From Phormidesmis sp. (GTDB taxonomy: Bacteria; Cyanobacteriota; Cyanobacteriia; Leptolyngbyales; Leptolyngbyaceae), in assembly GCA_965248535.1 (NCBI GenBank), contig CBDFJR010000002.1:320001-384000 (forward strand): 64,000 nt of DNA, read 5' to 3'. Made by a program: the position numbers and the translations under genes. The notes under the pieces are model-generated. The model was not told the DNA's origin. It worked only from the letters and a program-made list of their open reading frames with translations, and made no database searches. This document shows positions 10,064 through 20,081 of the stretch, in pieces (within the stretch, counting starts at the first letter, position 1; each line of letters starts with the position of its first letter).

Positions 10064-11755
10064 ATGTCTCAACCAGCGCTTTCTCATCAACTTGAGACCA
10101 CTCTTCAGCAGGAGACGATCGGGCAGTTAGGGGTGGGCGGCTCCGTCCTGTCGGTCGGGTCTATCTATGGAGCGTTGCTCAGTGTTTGCCCCAATAGCGA
10201 GTCTGTGATTGAGTTAAAGCAGACTCCGATCGTGCAGATCCCCCGTGCGTTTGCAGGGTTGGTCGGTCGGCAAACCGAAATCGACTCGGCGATCGCGGCG
10301 CTGCAAGCCAAACAAACCGTCGAGATTTATGGCCAAGCCGGAACCGGCAAATCAGTGCTGCTGCGCTATCTTGCCCACAACCCGCAGATCACCACCTCTC
10401 ATGCCGATGGCATTGTTGACTTGAGTGCGATTGGGTCGGTGAGCGATCGCTTGCAGACGTTATTCAGTTTGTTCTATCTCAGTTGTCCCAATCTCAAGCT
10501 GTCTGATGGCAACGTTCGGCAAGCGCTGCGATCGCCACAGGTTTTGATATTGCTAGATGATGATGGGTTGACCGCGACTGAGCTTCAGCAACTCATTGCG
10601 GCGCTGCCCGACAGCACATTTTTAATTGCGTCTCGCGATCGCCGCTTTTGGGGAGAGGGGCGCTCGATCGAGCTAGACGGCTTATCGCTGCCTGATAGCG
10701 TCACCTTAATCGAGCGAGAGTTAGCGCGGTCTGTGTCACGCACTGCCCAAACAGCGCCAGTTTTACCGCAGACAAAGACGATCGAGACTCTTTGGAAACT
10801 CTTGCAAGGCAACCCCCAACGACTTTTGCAGGTGGCGGCTCTAGCGCGAGAAGAGAAACTGCCTCTAGAGGCGGTGTTGAGCCAGATTCAGCTAGACGAG
10901 CTTGAACAGTCGCTGACACGGCTGATTTTGGCTTCTCTGCCCAAACCTCAGCGCTGGATTATGGCCGTGCTGGTGGCCATGGGTGGCACGGGGCTGTTAC
11001 CTGAACAAATTGCGGCGATCACTGGGCCGCCCAATCCTTTACCCAGTCTGCAAGCTCTGGTGCAGCGCCATCTGCTGCAAATTGAGGGGCATCACTACTG
11101 TCTGGCTTCTAGCTTGGTTGAGATTTTGCAAAAGGTCTCAAACTCAACCCCCTGGATGGAAAAAGTTTTAGCCTATTTGGTGCCCTGGGTGGAGACTCAC
11201 CAGCGATCGCCCGACACACTTTTAGCCCAAAAAGCCCTGATCTTGCACACTTTAGAGTGGGCAGTCAGTCAAGCACGTTGGGCAGAGACGCTGCGGCTGG
11301 TGCGATCGCTCGAAGGCTCACTCGCCTTAGGCAAACAGTGGGACACTTGGCGACGGGTGCTCAACTGGGGGCTGCAAGCTGCCTGGGCCAGACAAGACTC
11401 GCTCAGCGAAGCTTGGGGACTACACCAACTGGGCACCCTAGCGCTTTGCCAAGAAGAACTCACCACCGCTTATGACGCACTGACAGAGGCTATCAGCCTA
11501 CGATCGCTGCTCAACGATGAGGTCGGAGAGCGCCTGAGTCGCCACAACTTAGAGAGATTGAGGGATATGACGTTACCCAGTTCTGGGGGTGAACCCTCTA
11601 AGCTCGTGGCTAACCCGGTGGGAGTCTATCTAACCTTGGCGCTGATTGGCTTTTTGGTGTTTGTGATGTCTGCTTTAGTAGGAGTCGCGATCGTGCAACG
11701 ATACGGTCAGCCTGTGCCACTGGTCAAGCCCACCCCAGCCCACCCCAAAAAATAG
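10064..11755 (+). CDS. STAND/NB-ARC-like ATPase with TPR-like helices and C-terminal TM helix
   Basis: LVGRQTE, Walker A GQAGTGKS, Walker B LILLDDD, GNP motif, EAWGLHQLG TPR-like segment. Confidence 0.75.
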   Translation: MSQPALSHQLETTLQQETIGQLGVGGSVLSVGSIYGALLSVCPNSESVIELKQTPIVQIPRAFAGLVGRQTEIDSAIAALQAKQTVEIYGQAGTGKSVLLRYLAHNPQITTSHADGIVDLSAIGSVSDRLQTLFSLFYLSCPNLKLSDGNVRQALRSPQVLILLDDDGLTATELQQLIAALPDSTFLIASRDRRFWGEGRSIELDGLSLPDSVTLIERELARSVSRTAQTAPVLPQTKTIETLWKLLQGNPQRLLQVAALAREEKLPLEAVLSQIQLDELEQSLTRLILASLPKPQRWIMAVLVAMGGTGLLPEQIAAITGPPNPLPSLQALVQRHLLQIEGHHYCLASSLVEILQKVSNSTPWMEKVLAYLVPWVETHQRSPDTLLAQKALILHTLEWAVSQARWAETLRLVRSLEGSLALGKQWDTWRRVLNWGLQAAWARQDSLSEAWGLHQLGTLALCQEELTTAYDALTEAISLRSLLNDEVGERLSRHNLERLRDMTLPSSGGEPSKLVANPVGVYLTLALIGFLVFVMSALVGVAIVQRYGQPVPLVKPTPAHPKK

Positions 11756-11811
11756 GGGCATAGTCAAGCTGAGTAGGGACATTTCAGGCAACATCCCTAC
11801 TGACTGAGATC

Positions 11812-12186
11812 CTATTCCTGATGGCTAGGCTGTCCTTTCTCGATCGCTTTGTGGAGCAAATCATCAGTGATATTTCCGGCTGCGCCTTGGTCATGGCTGA
11901 CCGACTTTGCCATATCAAGAAAGTCACCTGGATCTCCCGTCGGCTCGGCTTTGGCGTGGGTGGTTTCTGATTCACGAATCTCAAAGGCAGGGGCGCTGGC
12001 AGCTTGGGCAGCTTTTTCGCCTTCACCCGTGCGATCGAGGTCGCTAACGCTAAATTCTTTTGAGGCTTCATAATCTGCCGAGACATCGACTTTAGAAGCC
12101 GGAAGACTGCCTTCGGCAATTTCTTCTGAAACTTGTTGCGCGTCGTAAGTTTGGGCAGAGTTCAAATCGCGATTGATTGCTGACAT
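11812..12186 (-). CDS. Acidic hydrophilic hypothetical protein
   Basis: 124 aa ORF with AGGAG RBS. Confidence 0.7.
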   Translation of the reverse strand: MSAINRDLNSAQTYDAQQVSEEIAEGSLPASKVDVSADYEASKEFSVSDLDRTGEGEKAAQAASAPAFEIRESETTHAKAEPTGDPGDFLDMAKSVSHDQGAAGNITDDLLHKAIEKGQPSHQE

Positions 12187-12411
12187 AAAAAATCTCCTGT
12201 TATTCCTTCAAGGTTTGGCAAACAGCCTTACCGTTGGTTCTTGCTCACCTTATCAGAGTGATCCCCAAGGGGTTGAACCGTCTGAGGAGGGATTGCTAAC
12301 CTCTCTCATCGGAGTGAGATTGAAATAGCAAGTTCGGTCGATTGGTAGTCGCTAAGAGGCTGTCAATCTTGATAAATCTCTTGGTGAACCAACTCATTGA
12401 GAGGGATTTCT

Positions 12412-12948
12412 ATGGCTGAGTCTGCAAATCACGGCACGGTGCGATCGCAATATATTGACGAACCGGGGCAGAAGGCGATCGAGGGCTATGACAAGCTAAC
12501 AACGGATGGCAAACTGGCGTTTTTATATTACGTCTATGAAAAAATGGGCGACTCGATCACACCTGCGGCTCCTGCGGCTGCCGAGCCAGAGCTAGCGCCG
12601 ATTTTGTTAGGGGATTTTTATAATCTTTCTCACGATGATCAGCTTCAGGCGATGCGCGACATCGTGAACGGAGCCGACAGCGACTATTCTCGCGATTATG
12701 GGGCGTTGACCGCCAACAATCAACTGGTGGTCTGGTATGCCTGGGCGCAGGCAATGGGCGAGTCAGTGGTGGGAATGCCCGCAGGCTATAGTGCGTCGGA
12801 AGTGATTACAACTGTGTTGGGTCAAGTCGAAAAACTAGATTTTGATCAACAGATTTCTCTATTGCGAGAGATTGCGGGCACGATGGGCTACACCGATGTC
12901 AAAGAGATTCCAACCCAAGCCCAGACGGGTAAGACGGCTAGCCTATAG
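12412..12948 (+). CDS. Helical carotenoid protein (OCP N-terminal domain homolog)
   Basis: KLAFLYYVYEKMGDSITPAAP, QLQAMRDIV, YGAL..N.QL..WY and DQQISLLR..MG motifs. Confidence 0.9.
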   Translation: MAESANHGTVRSQYIDEPGQKAIEGYDKLTTDGKLAFLYYVYEKMGDSITPAAPAAAEPELAPILLGDFYNLSHDDQLQAMRDIVNGADSDYSRDYGALTANNQLVVWYAWAQAMGESVVGMPAGYSASEVITTVLGQVEKLDFDQQISLLREIAGTMGYTDVKEIPTQAQTGKTASL

Positions 12949-12967
12949 AATCCCAGCAGCCAATTCT

Positions 12968-12994
12968 CGTAGGGGCACAGCAACGCTGTGCCCC
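12968..12994 (+). repeat. GTAG-type REP-like palindrome
   Basis: CGTAGGGGCACAGC-AAC-GCTGTGCCCC; related copies at 47881-47942. Confidence 0.7.
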
Positions 12995-13142
12995 CAACCA
13001 CCGCACCGTTATACCGTACCTTTATCTTTATAGCGATCGCTGACCTTCGCCAGTCAATGTATCCGCAAGTCAATGTATCCACAAACCAAATCGACAAACA
13101 AGCTAAGATCGATATCTACTCAGTTTTTGCTTGATTGCCGAA

Positions 13143-14312
13143 ATGTCTACTCGAACTGATTCCATTATTTCCCTGAAGATCGCGCCTGCTCAAGTGATTA
13201 GAGGCAACGGTGCTGTGTCGCAAGTCGGTTCTACGATCGCTCAGTTAGGTTCCCGTCCCCTACTCATTGGCGGCGATCGTACTCTGCAACTGATTCTGCC
13301 TTGTCTTGAGTCTGCTTTGGCCGCTCAAGATTGCACGATCGCGGCAGCCTCCTATGGAGTCGATTGCAGTGAGGCAGCGCTGAAATCCCTTATGCAGTCC
13401 GTTGCCGAGCATCAAGCCGATCTGATTATTGGGAGCGGAGGCGGCAAAGCCCTTGATGCGGCAAAACTGGTGGCGGAGCGGTGCAAGCTGCCGATCGTTA
13501 CCATCCCAACATCGGGGGCAACCTGTGCAGCCTGGACTGCCCTATCTAACGTCTACTCAGATGAGGGAGCGTTTCTCTATGATGTCAGTTTGTCAAAATG
13601 CCCTGACTTATTGATTTTGGATTATGACCTGATCGCCACGGCCTCTCAGAGAACCTTAGTAGCCGGGATCGGAGACGCGATCGCTAAATGGTATGAAGCT
13701 TCGGTCAGCAGTGGTCACTCTAATCAAACGTTTTTGATCGCCGCCGTTCAGCAAGCGAGGGTGCTGCGGGATATTTTATTTCAACAGTCCGCAATGGCTC
13801 TGCAAGATCCCGGTGGCGACGTGTGGCGAGAAGTGGTGGATGCCACAGTGCTGATGGCGGGCGTGATTGGCGGCATTGGTGGGGCCCAGTGTCGAACGGT
13901 GGCGGCCCATGCTGTTCACAATGGACTCACCCACTTGTTAGAGAGCCACGGCACCCTGCACGGTGAAAAAGTTGCCTTTGGCATTTTGGTGCAGCTTCGG
14001 CTCGAAGAAATGCTCCAGGGCAATCGCCTGGCTGCGACTTCAAGGCAGCAGCTTTTAAAGTTCTATCGTGAGATTGGGTTGCCCCAGACTTTGATGGATT
14101 TGGGACTGGCAAATGTCTCGATCGCCGATCTGCAACGGGCGGCTGAGATTGCCTGTGCTGACTCGTCTGACATTCACCGACTGCCGTTTAGCGTCGCGCC
14201 GACTCAGCTAATGGCGGCGATGGTGTCTACGATCGCGCCGGGTCACAATCCGAAGAATGACGAGAGTTTTGAGGTAGAATATCCAACTCAAACCTTAAAT
14301 CTCAACCCTTAA
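13143..14312 (+). CDS. Glycerol dehydrogenase-like / iron-containing alcohol dehydrogenase family
   Basis: GGGKALDAAK, IPTSGATCAAWT, AGIGDAIAKW, AHAVHNG and LHGEKVA motifs. Confidence 0.88.
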   Translation: MSTRTDSIISLKIAPAQVIRGNGAVSQVGSTIAQLGSRPLLIGGDRTLQLILPCLESALAAQDCTIAAASYGVDCSEAALKSLMQSVAEHQADLIIGSGGGKALDAAKLVAERCKLPIVTIPTSGATCAAWTALSNVYSDEGAFLYDVSLSKCPDLLILDYDLIATASQRTLVAGIGDAIAKWYEASVSSGHSNQTFLIAAVQQARVLRDILFQQSAMALQDPGGDVWREVVDATVLMAGVIGGIGGAQCRTVAAHAVHNGLTHLLESHGTLHGEKVAFGILVQLRLEEMLQGNRLAATSRQQLLKFYREIGLPQTLMDLGLANVSIADLQRAAEIACADSSDIHRLPFSVAPTQLMAAMVSTIAPGHNPKNDESFEVEYPTQTLNLNP

Positions 14313-14345
14313 TTTCCTCACGCTTGTTTTTAGAGAGATTGCGAC

Positions 14346-15548
14346 ATGAGCCTAAGTTGGATTACGCCCGCCGATCGTCTGCGAATTTTGCCTCCCTATG
14401 TGTTTGCGCGTCTCGATGAGCTAAAAGCCAATGCGAGAGCACAGGGCGTTGATTTGATCGACTTGGGAATGGGCAACCCCGATGGGGCGACCCCGCTGCC
14501 GATCGTCGAAGCTGCCACCGAAGCGCTCAAAAATCCTAAAAATCACGGCTATCCTCCGTTTGAAGGCACGGCCAGTTTTCGGCGCGCCATCACCGATTGG
14601 TATCGTCGTCGCTATGATGTCGATCTCGACCCCGATGGAGAGGCGCTGCCGCTGCTGGGATCTAAAGAAGGGTTGACCCACTTGGCGCTGGCTTATATCA
14701 ATCCGGGTGATCTGGTGCTGGTGCCGAGTCCGGCTTATCCGCCCCATTTTCGCGGCCCGCTGATTGCCGGAGCCGAGATTTATCCCCTGATTCTCAAAGC
14801 CGAGCAAGATTGGCTGATTGATTTGGCGGCGATCCCCGATCGCATTGCCGAACGAGCCAAAATTCTCTACTTTAACTATCCGAGCAATCCCACAACGGCG
14901 ACGGCTCCGCGTGAGTTTTTTGAAGAAGTCGTGGCCTTTGCCCGTCATTATCAAATTATGCTGGTGCATGATCAAGCCTATGCAGAGTTAGCATTTGACG
15001 GCTATCAGCCCACTAGTTTGCTAGAGATTCCGGGAGCGAGAGAGATTGGGGTTGAGTTTCACACCCTGTCTAAAACCTACAACATGGCAGGCTGGCGAGT
15101 CGGATTTGTGGTCGGCAATCGCCACATCATTCAAGGATTGCGAACGCTAAAAACAAACTTAGATTACGGGATTTTTGCGGCCTTGCAAACGGCAGCAGAA
15201 ACAGCGCTGCAATTGCCCGATCAATACTTAACCGAAGTGCAAGATCGCTATCGCACTCGTCGCGATTATTTGATCGAAGGGCTGGCGCAATTGGGTTGGT
15301 CAATTCCTAAAACCCAAGCAACGATGTATTTATGGATTCCCTGCCCACCTGGTGTCGGCTCGACTGATTTTGCGCTGTCGGTGCTGCAAAAGACGGGCGT
15401 AGTTTTGACTCCGGGCAATGCCTTTGGGGCTGGGGGCGAAGGCTATGTGCGAATTAGCTTGATTGCGGAGTGCGATCGTTTAGGTGAAGCCCTAGCGCGC
15501 ATGAAGCAAGCCAATATTCGCTATGACGCGCCAAAGCCAGAGGCTTAA
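14346..15548 (+). CDS. PLP-dependent class I/II aminotransferase (aspartate / LL-DAP aminotransferase-like)
   Basis: DLGMGNPD, NYPSNPT, DQAY and TLSKTYNMAGWRVG motifs. Confidence 0.9.
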   Translation: MSLSWITPADRLRILPPYVFARLDELKANARAQGVDLIDLGMGNPDGATPLPIVEAATEALKNPKNHGYPPFEGTASFRRAITDWYRRRYDVDLDPDGEALPLLGSKEGLTHLALAYINPGDLVLVPSPAYPPHFRGPLIAGAEIYPLILKAEQDWLIDLAAIPDRIAERAKILYFNYPSNPTTATAPREFFEEVVAFARHYQIMLVHDQAYAELAFDGYQPTSLLEIPGAREIGVEFHTLSKTYNMAGWRVGFVVGNRHIIQGLRTLKTNLDYGIFAALQTAAETALQLPDQYLTEVQDRYRTRRDYLIEGLAQLGWSIPKTQATMYLWIPCPPGVGSTDFALSVLQKTGVVLTPGNAFGAGGEGYVRISLIAECDRLGEALARMKQANIRYDAPKPEA

Positions 15549-16558
15549 TCGGCTTGGGGAGCGATCGCTTCGGTTATCGCTTTGTTGGCGGTTCGTTTTT
15601 GCTGAATGACGAGGGTATTGCGTTCCCAAAATACACCCTCAGAAAAGCCCTGAATCTCAGGCTCAGAGTCCGCGATTTCTAACCGTCGCTCAACTAGTAG
15701 GCTGTAGGTTTCGTCTAACTCGATGCCGAGGTAGTTTCTGCCGAGTTTTTTGGCTACAACTGACGTGGTGCCGCTGCCCAGAAAGGGATCGAGCACGAAA
15801 TTTCCGGGGTTGCTGCTGGCTAAAACTAACTTAGCTATGAGTTTTTCGCTTTTTTGAGTCGGATGATCTGTGTTTTCGGGCATTGACCAAAACGGAATGG
15901 TCAAGTCAGTCCAGAGATTTGAGGGATGGGTGTCGCGAAAGTTGCCCTCGCCTGTTGCCTGCCAGTCTTTGGGGGTGCCGTCTTGGTTTCGATAAGGTGC
16001 AACGACTTTTCTGCGAAGCTTGACATCATCAACGTTGAAGGTATAGTTTTCCGACATCGTGCAAAACCAGATATCTTCACTGGAATTTTTCCAGTTTGAT
16101 TGAGCGCCTCGACCCTTTTCGCGCTCCCAGGTGATGCGGTTTTGAACGATAAAGTGCGACGACGCAACGGAGAAAATCGAGGCAGAAGATAGCCAATCGC
16201 CACAGATATAGATCGAGGCGGTAGTCTTCAGCAAAGGTTTAAAGGCACAAACGACTTGATCAAGCCAGGTTGCATAGTCGTCAACGGTGCGCTTTGCAAA
16301 TTTTCGCCCGTTAAAACTTTTGCTGAGATTATAGGGCGGATCGAGAATCAACAGATCAACACTGTGCAAGGGCAAAAGCTTTGCCACTTCTAGACAGTCT
16401 CCTTGAATCGTGCCCGTTGGTGCACTCAAAAAAGGATCTGACGGCAAGTTTTTGAGGATGCGCGGAGCCAAACGGACTCTATCTTCATCACTGAGGGTGA
16501 GAGTCCGGTTCATGGGGGCGCGTGGCTTGGCTTGGTCGGGCTGGAGCGAACTAGCCAT
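15545..16558 (-). CDS. Orphan beta-class N6-adenine/N4-cytosine DNA methyltransferase
   Basis: DPPY precedes HPTQK and VLDPFLGSGTT. Confidence 0.9.
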   Translation of the reverse strand: MASSLQPDQAKPRAPMNRTLTLSDEDRVRLAPRILKNLPSDPFLSAPTGTIQGDCLEVAKLLPLHSVDLLILDPPYNLSKSFNGRKFAKRTVDDYATWLDQVVCAFKPLLKTTASIYICGDWLSSASIFSVASSHFIVQNRITWEREKGRGAQSNWKNSSEDIWFCTMSENYTFNVDDVKLRRKVVAPYRNQDGTPKDWQATGEGNFRDTHPSNLWTDLTIPFWSMPENTDHPTQKSEKLIAKLVLASSNPGNFVLDPFLGSGTTSVVAKKLGRNYLGIELDETYSLLVERRLEIADSEPEIQGFSEGVFWERNTLVIQQKRTANKAITEAIAPQAD

Positions 16559-16567
16559 CCATCATCC

Positions 16568-16774
16568 TCATTCAGATTGTCTCAGCTTATCTCTAAAGAT
16601 GGCTTCAACTTCACTCGGATCGGCTAAATCAAAGGGATAGGGTTGGCGGTTAGCTGGGTTACGGCGACTCATCAGCACCTCTAGCCCTGCTCGAAACGCT
16701 TCCTGATCGTTCCGCTGCTCAGAGAGATAGCGCTTCAATTCGGCGTTTGTCATTTCAGGTAAATTTGGTGTCAT
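16568..16774 (-). CDS. DUF6887-like small protein
   Basis: PNLPEMTNAELKRYLSEQRNDQEAF; ATGA overlap with the upstream gene. Confidence 0.7.
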   Translation of the reverse strand: MTPNLPEMTNAELKRYLSEQRNDQEAFRAGLEVLMSRRNPANRQPYPFDLADPSEVEAIFRDKLRQSE

Positions 16775-16953
16775 AAAACAAACTCCCAACTTCCATCTTC
16801 GTCAATTATGAGAGCAAGTTCATCAGTCATTCCAGCCTGAATGTAAATTGTTTTGAGCCTGCGATCGTAGCGGAAAATCTGAATGGGCTGATAAAGGTTA
16901 GAAAGTAACTGGCAGACGAATATTGCGGTGTCTGATTGTTCTCGCGTAGGCAA
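16771..16953 (-). CDS. DUF6888-like small protein
   Basis: MPTREQ...CQLLSNLYQPIQIFRYD...IYIQAG...IIDEDGSWEF; TTG start. Confidence 0.7.
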   Translation of the reverse strand: MPTREQSDTAIFVCQLLSNLYQPIQIFRYDRRLKTIYIQAGMTDELALIIDEDGSWEFVL

Positions 16954-17090
16954 CCGTAAGACATCTTTGGATCTCTCGATCGTAGAGTATCAGATAGACA
17001 GGCAATGAGCGAACATTCTCAACTAAAAAGCGATCGCTTCACTCAAACAGCCCTCTAACTCAAGAACCAGTAACCGTTTTACTGCTTGTC

Positions 17091-17498
17091 TTAGTCCTGA
17101 CTCCAATCTCGTAGCTCTAACCCTTCGACGCGGTGAAAATGTTTTTGATTGTGAGTAATGAGAATGAGATCATTAGCAATAGCTACGCCAGCGATCAGCA
17201 GATCAATATCATCGACAGGAGTTCCATTAAATCGCAAGTTGGCGTAAATCTCTGCGGATAGGGACACAGATCGCTCCGTCAAAGGTAGAACGTTACTTCT
17301 AGTTGCAAACTCTATAAACAAGGAAAGCTGCTTCTGAGCATCGCGGTGTTTTAGACCACTCAAAATCTCATAGTAGGTCACAATGCTGATGTTAATGTTG
17401 CGATAGTTCGCCAGATAAGAGCCAAACTGAGCAACAACTTTGGGAGTACCTCGAAAAAACATTGACAAAATATCAGTATCAATCAAGGCTGGTTTCAC
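17091..17498 (-). CDS. vapC: VapC PIN-domain toxin
   Basis: LIDTDILS, YYEI..G, DDIDLLIA and ITHNQKHF PIN motifs. Confidence 0.9.
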   Translation of the reverse strand: MKPALIDTDILSMFFRGTPKVVAQFGSYLANYRNINISIVTYYEILSGLKHRDAQKQLSLFIEFATRSNVLPLTERSVSLSAEIYANLRFNGTPVDDIDLLIAGVAIANDLILITHNQKHFHRVEGLELRDWSQD

Positions 17499-17739
17499 GG
17501 TTTTGTCTCTGTGAGAATGCCTGCTGACGGCGTGTTGTCAGGTCTTTTAAGAAATTAGCGTGAATTGAGTCTGATAAGTCTGCCCAGCAGCCCGCAAACT
17601 GCATGATTTCAGGGGAGCGATCGCTGGTTTCTGACTCGATCCGAAAGTGATGAATTAAGTCATAGAGTTGTGTCAGCTTATCATCTGGGATGTGCTGTAG
17701 TTCTTCAATCAGTTTGACTCTCATTTCAGAATTGCTCAT
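17479..17739 (-). CDS. Putative antitoxin of VapC
   Basis: Small ORF overlapping the vapC start; IMQFAGCW motif. Confidence 0.75.
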   Translation of the reverse strand: MSNSEMRVKLIEELQHIPDDKLTQLYDLIHHFRIESETSDRSPEIMQFAGCWADLSDSIHANFLKDLTTRRQQAFSQRQNRETSLD

Positions 17740-17863
17740 GATCTACTTCGCTCTATTCCCTTGTACTTCTTTAAAAAACAAGTGCGAGTCAATTGATTCA
17801 TCGTGAACAGGGTAATGGAAAGCGTCTATCAAAGATTTCCCATTACCCTCGCCAATCACCCAA

Positions 17864-19909
17864 CTAAGGCGACAGATAGGTATAGCCGCTTAAACTGCGC
17901 TCATAGTTTTGCAGCAAAATCTGAGACTCTTCTAGCGTGATCCGATGTTCTTCTAGCGCTTGCTCAGTCTGGCGGCGAATGCTCTCGATCATATCCTCCG
18001 CGTCATATTGCACATAGCCCAAAACCTCCTTCATCGTGTCGCCCCGCACAACGTGCTCAATCTGGTAGCCCTTGGGCGTGAGTTGAATATGCACCGTATT
18101 CGTATCGCCGAACAAATTGTGCAGGTTGCCCATAATCTCTTGATAGGCACCGTTGAGAAACATCCCCAGATAGTAGGACTCACCAAGCTTTAGTTTGTGC
18201 AATTCCAATACCGATTTCACATCGCGCAAATCGATAAATTGATCAATTTTGCCGTCACTGTCACAGGTGAGATCAGAGAGCGTTGCTCGCTGGGTTGGCT
18301 CCTCATCTAAACGATGAATTGGCATGATCGGAAACAGTTGATCGATCGCCCATGAGTCAGGTGCAGACTGAAACACCGAAAGATTCATGTAATACATCGA
18401 AGCCATGATTTTCTCAAGGTCTTCTAAATCGTCAGGGACGTAATCAAGCTGACGCACGATCGCCAAAATTTTGTGACAGCAGGCCCAATACAATCGCTCT
18501 GCCCGCGCCCGTTCTGGCAAACTCAGATAGCCAAAGCCAAACAAACTGACGGCTTCTTCTTTAAACTGAGTCGCGTCGTGATAAGCCTCCTGGAAGTTTT
18601 CGGGCTTGATCGAGTTGTAGGTTTCATGAAGGTTGCGAATGATCAGGTGCTCCCCGTCTTGGAGCGGTTCAGGTTTGTCAGCCGGAACCTCACTGGTGCC
18701 CAACACATCAAACACTAAGACCGATTGATGAGACGCGATCGCTCGTCCACTTTCGCTCACCAAGGTCGGCACCGGAATTTTTGCCCCTGTGCAGGCATCT
18801 TTAATCGCCGCCACCACATCATTGGCGTAGTTTTGGGTGTTGTAGTTTTTAGAGGCGTGAAAATTGGTCTGAGAGCCGTCATAATCCACGCCCAAACCGC
18901 CACCGCAGTCTAGGTACTGCATATTTGCGCCCAGTTTCACAAGCTCGACATAGATTTGACCTGCCTCCCGCAAGGCATCTTTAATGACGCTGATCGCAGA
19001 GATTTGTGAGCCGATATGAAAGTGCAGCAGTTGCAGCGAATCCAACATATTAGCGGCCCGCAGTTGCTCGATCGCGCCAATGATTTCAGGAATCGTCAAG
19101 CCAAATTTTGCCCGATCGCCCGCCGAGGTTCCCCAGCGACCAATGCCTTTGGCGCTCAGTTTTGCCCGCACTCCGAGAATGGGCTGCACTCCCAGTTTTT
19201 TGCTAGCCTCGATCGCTAACGCGACTTCCTCGACTTGTTCTAAAACAATGATGGGCGTTTGTCCCAACCGTCTCGCCAGCATTGCCGTTTCGATATACTC
19301 GCGGTCTTTATAGCCGTTGCAAATTAATAGCGCTCCCGGAGTTTTTAGCGATGCCAAAGCAATCATCAATTCGGGTTTCGATCCGGCCTCTAGCCCAAAT
19401 TGATGGGGTTTGCCAAAGCGCACTAAGTCTTCGATCAAATGGCGTTGTTGATTGCATTTCGTCGGAAAAACGCCCTTATAAACGCCCTCGTAGTTATAGC
19501 GAGCGATCGCTTTAGCAAAGGCTGCATTGAGCCGCTCGATCCGATCTTCTAAAATGTCTGAAAACCGGATCAGTAGCGGCAATCCTAAGTTGCGCTGTTT
19601 CAACGCATTGGTTAATTCGTATAGATCTAATGAGCCACCGCGATCGCCCTTGGGAGAAACCGTCACATGACCCGCCGCATTGATCGAAAAATAGGGGTTG
19701 CCCCAGCCTTGAATGCGATAGAGTTCTTCACTGTCCTCGATCGTCCAATTTTCAGGCGCGTTTGTAGCGATCGACGCTGAAGATGAACTAGATGATTTGG
19801 ATGGTAAGGCTTCAGATTTATTTCTGGGCTTCTTCCCGTTCGATTCTGGCGATGCTTCGACCAGTGCTTTTTCCGCCTCTGCTTTCGCTGAGGTGTGGCG
19901 CTCCCCCAT
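17864..19909 (-). CDS. speA: Biosynthetic arginine decarboxylase
   Basis: GLEAGSKPEL, HFHIGSQI, GGGLGVDYDG, DLTCDSDG and GAYQEIMGNLHNLFG motifs. Confidence 0.96.
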   Translation of the reverse strand: MGERHTSAKAEAEKALVEASPESNGKKPRNKSEALPSKSSSSSSASIATNAPENWTIEDSEELYRIQGWGNPYFSINAAGHVTVSPKGDRGGSLDLYELTNALKQRNLGLPLLIRFSDILEDRIERLNAAFAKAIARYNYEGVYKGVFPTKCNQQRHLIEDLVRFGKPHQFGLEAGSKPELMIALASLKTPGALLICNGYKDREYIETAMLARRLGQTPIIVLEQVEEVALAIEASKKLGVQPILGVRAKLSAKGIGRWGTSAGDRAKFGLTIPEIIGAIEQLRAANMLDSLQLLHFHIGSQISAISVIKDALREAGQIYVELVKLGANMQYLDCGGGLGVDYDGSQTNFHASKNYNTQNYANDVVAAIKDACTGAKIPVPTLVSESGRAIASHQSVLVFDVLGTSEVPADKPEPLQDGEHLIIRNLHETYNSIKPENFQEAYHDATQFKEEAVSLFGFGYLSLPERARAERLYWACCHKILAIVRQLDYVPDDLEDLEKIMASMYYMNLSVFQSAPDSWAIDQLFPIMPIHRLDEEPTQRATLSDLTCDSDGKIDQFIDLRDVKSVLELHKLKLGESYYLGMFLNGAYQEIMGNLHNLFGDTNTVHIQLTPKGYQIEHVVRGDTMKEVLGYVQYDAEDMIESIRRQTEQALEEHRITLEESQILLQNYERSLSGYTYLSP

Positions 19910-20081
19910 CGTGTCTTACCCCTTGAAACTCTCATTGAGATGACAGTCTATCGCATCCTTCCCAGATTCGTAGGTTAAGCAGCACACTCCTGCCCGCGCC
20001 TTTAGCGACTGAGAAGCCAATCGTCTCCGTTCTGGGCTAATCTTGTTTTGTAAAAATCCATAAACTTCTGGGGAATGACTC

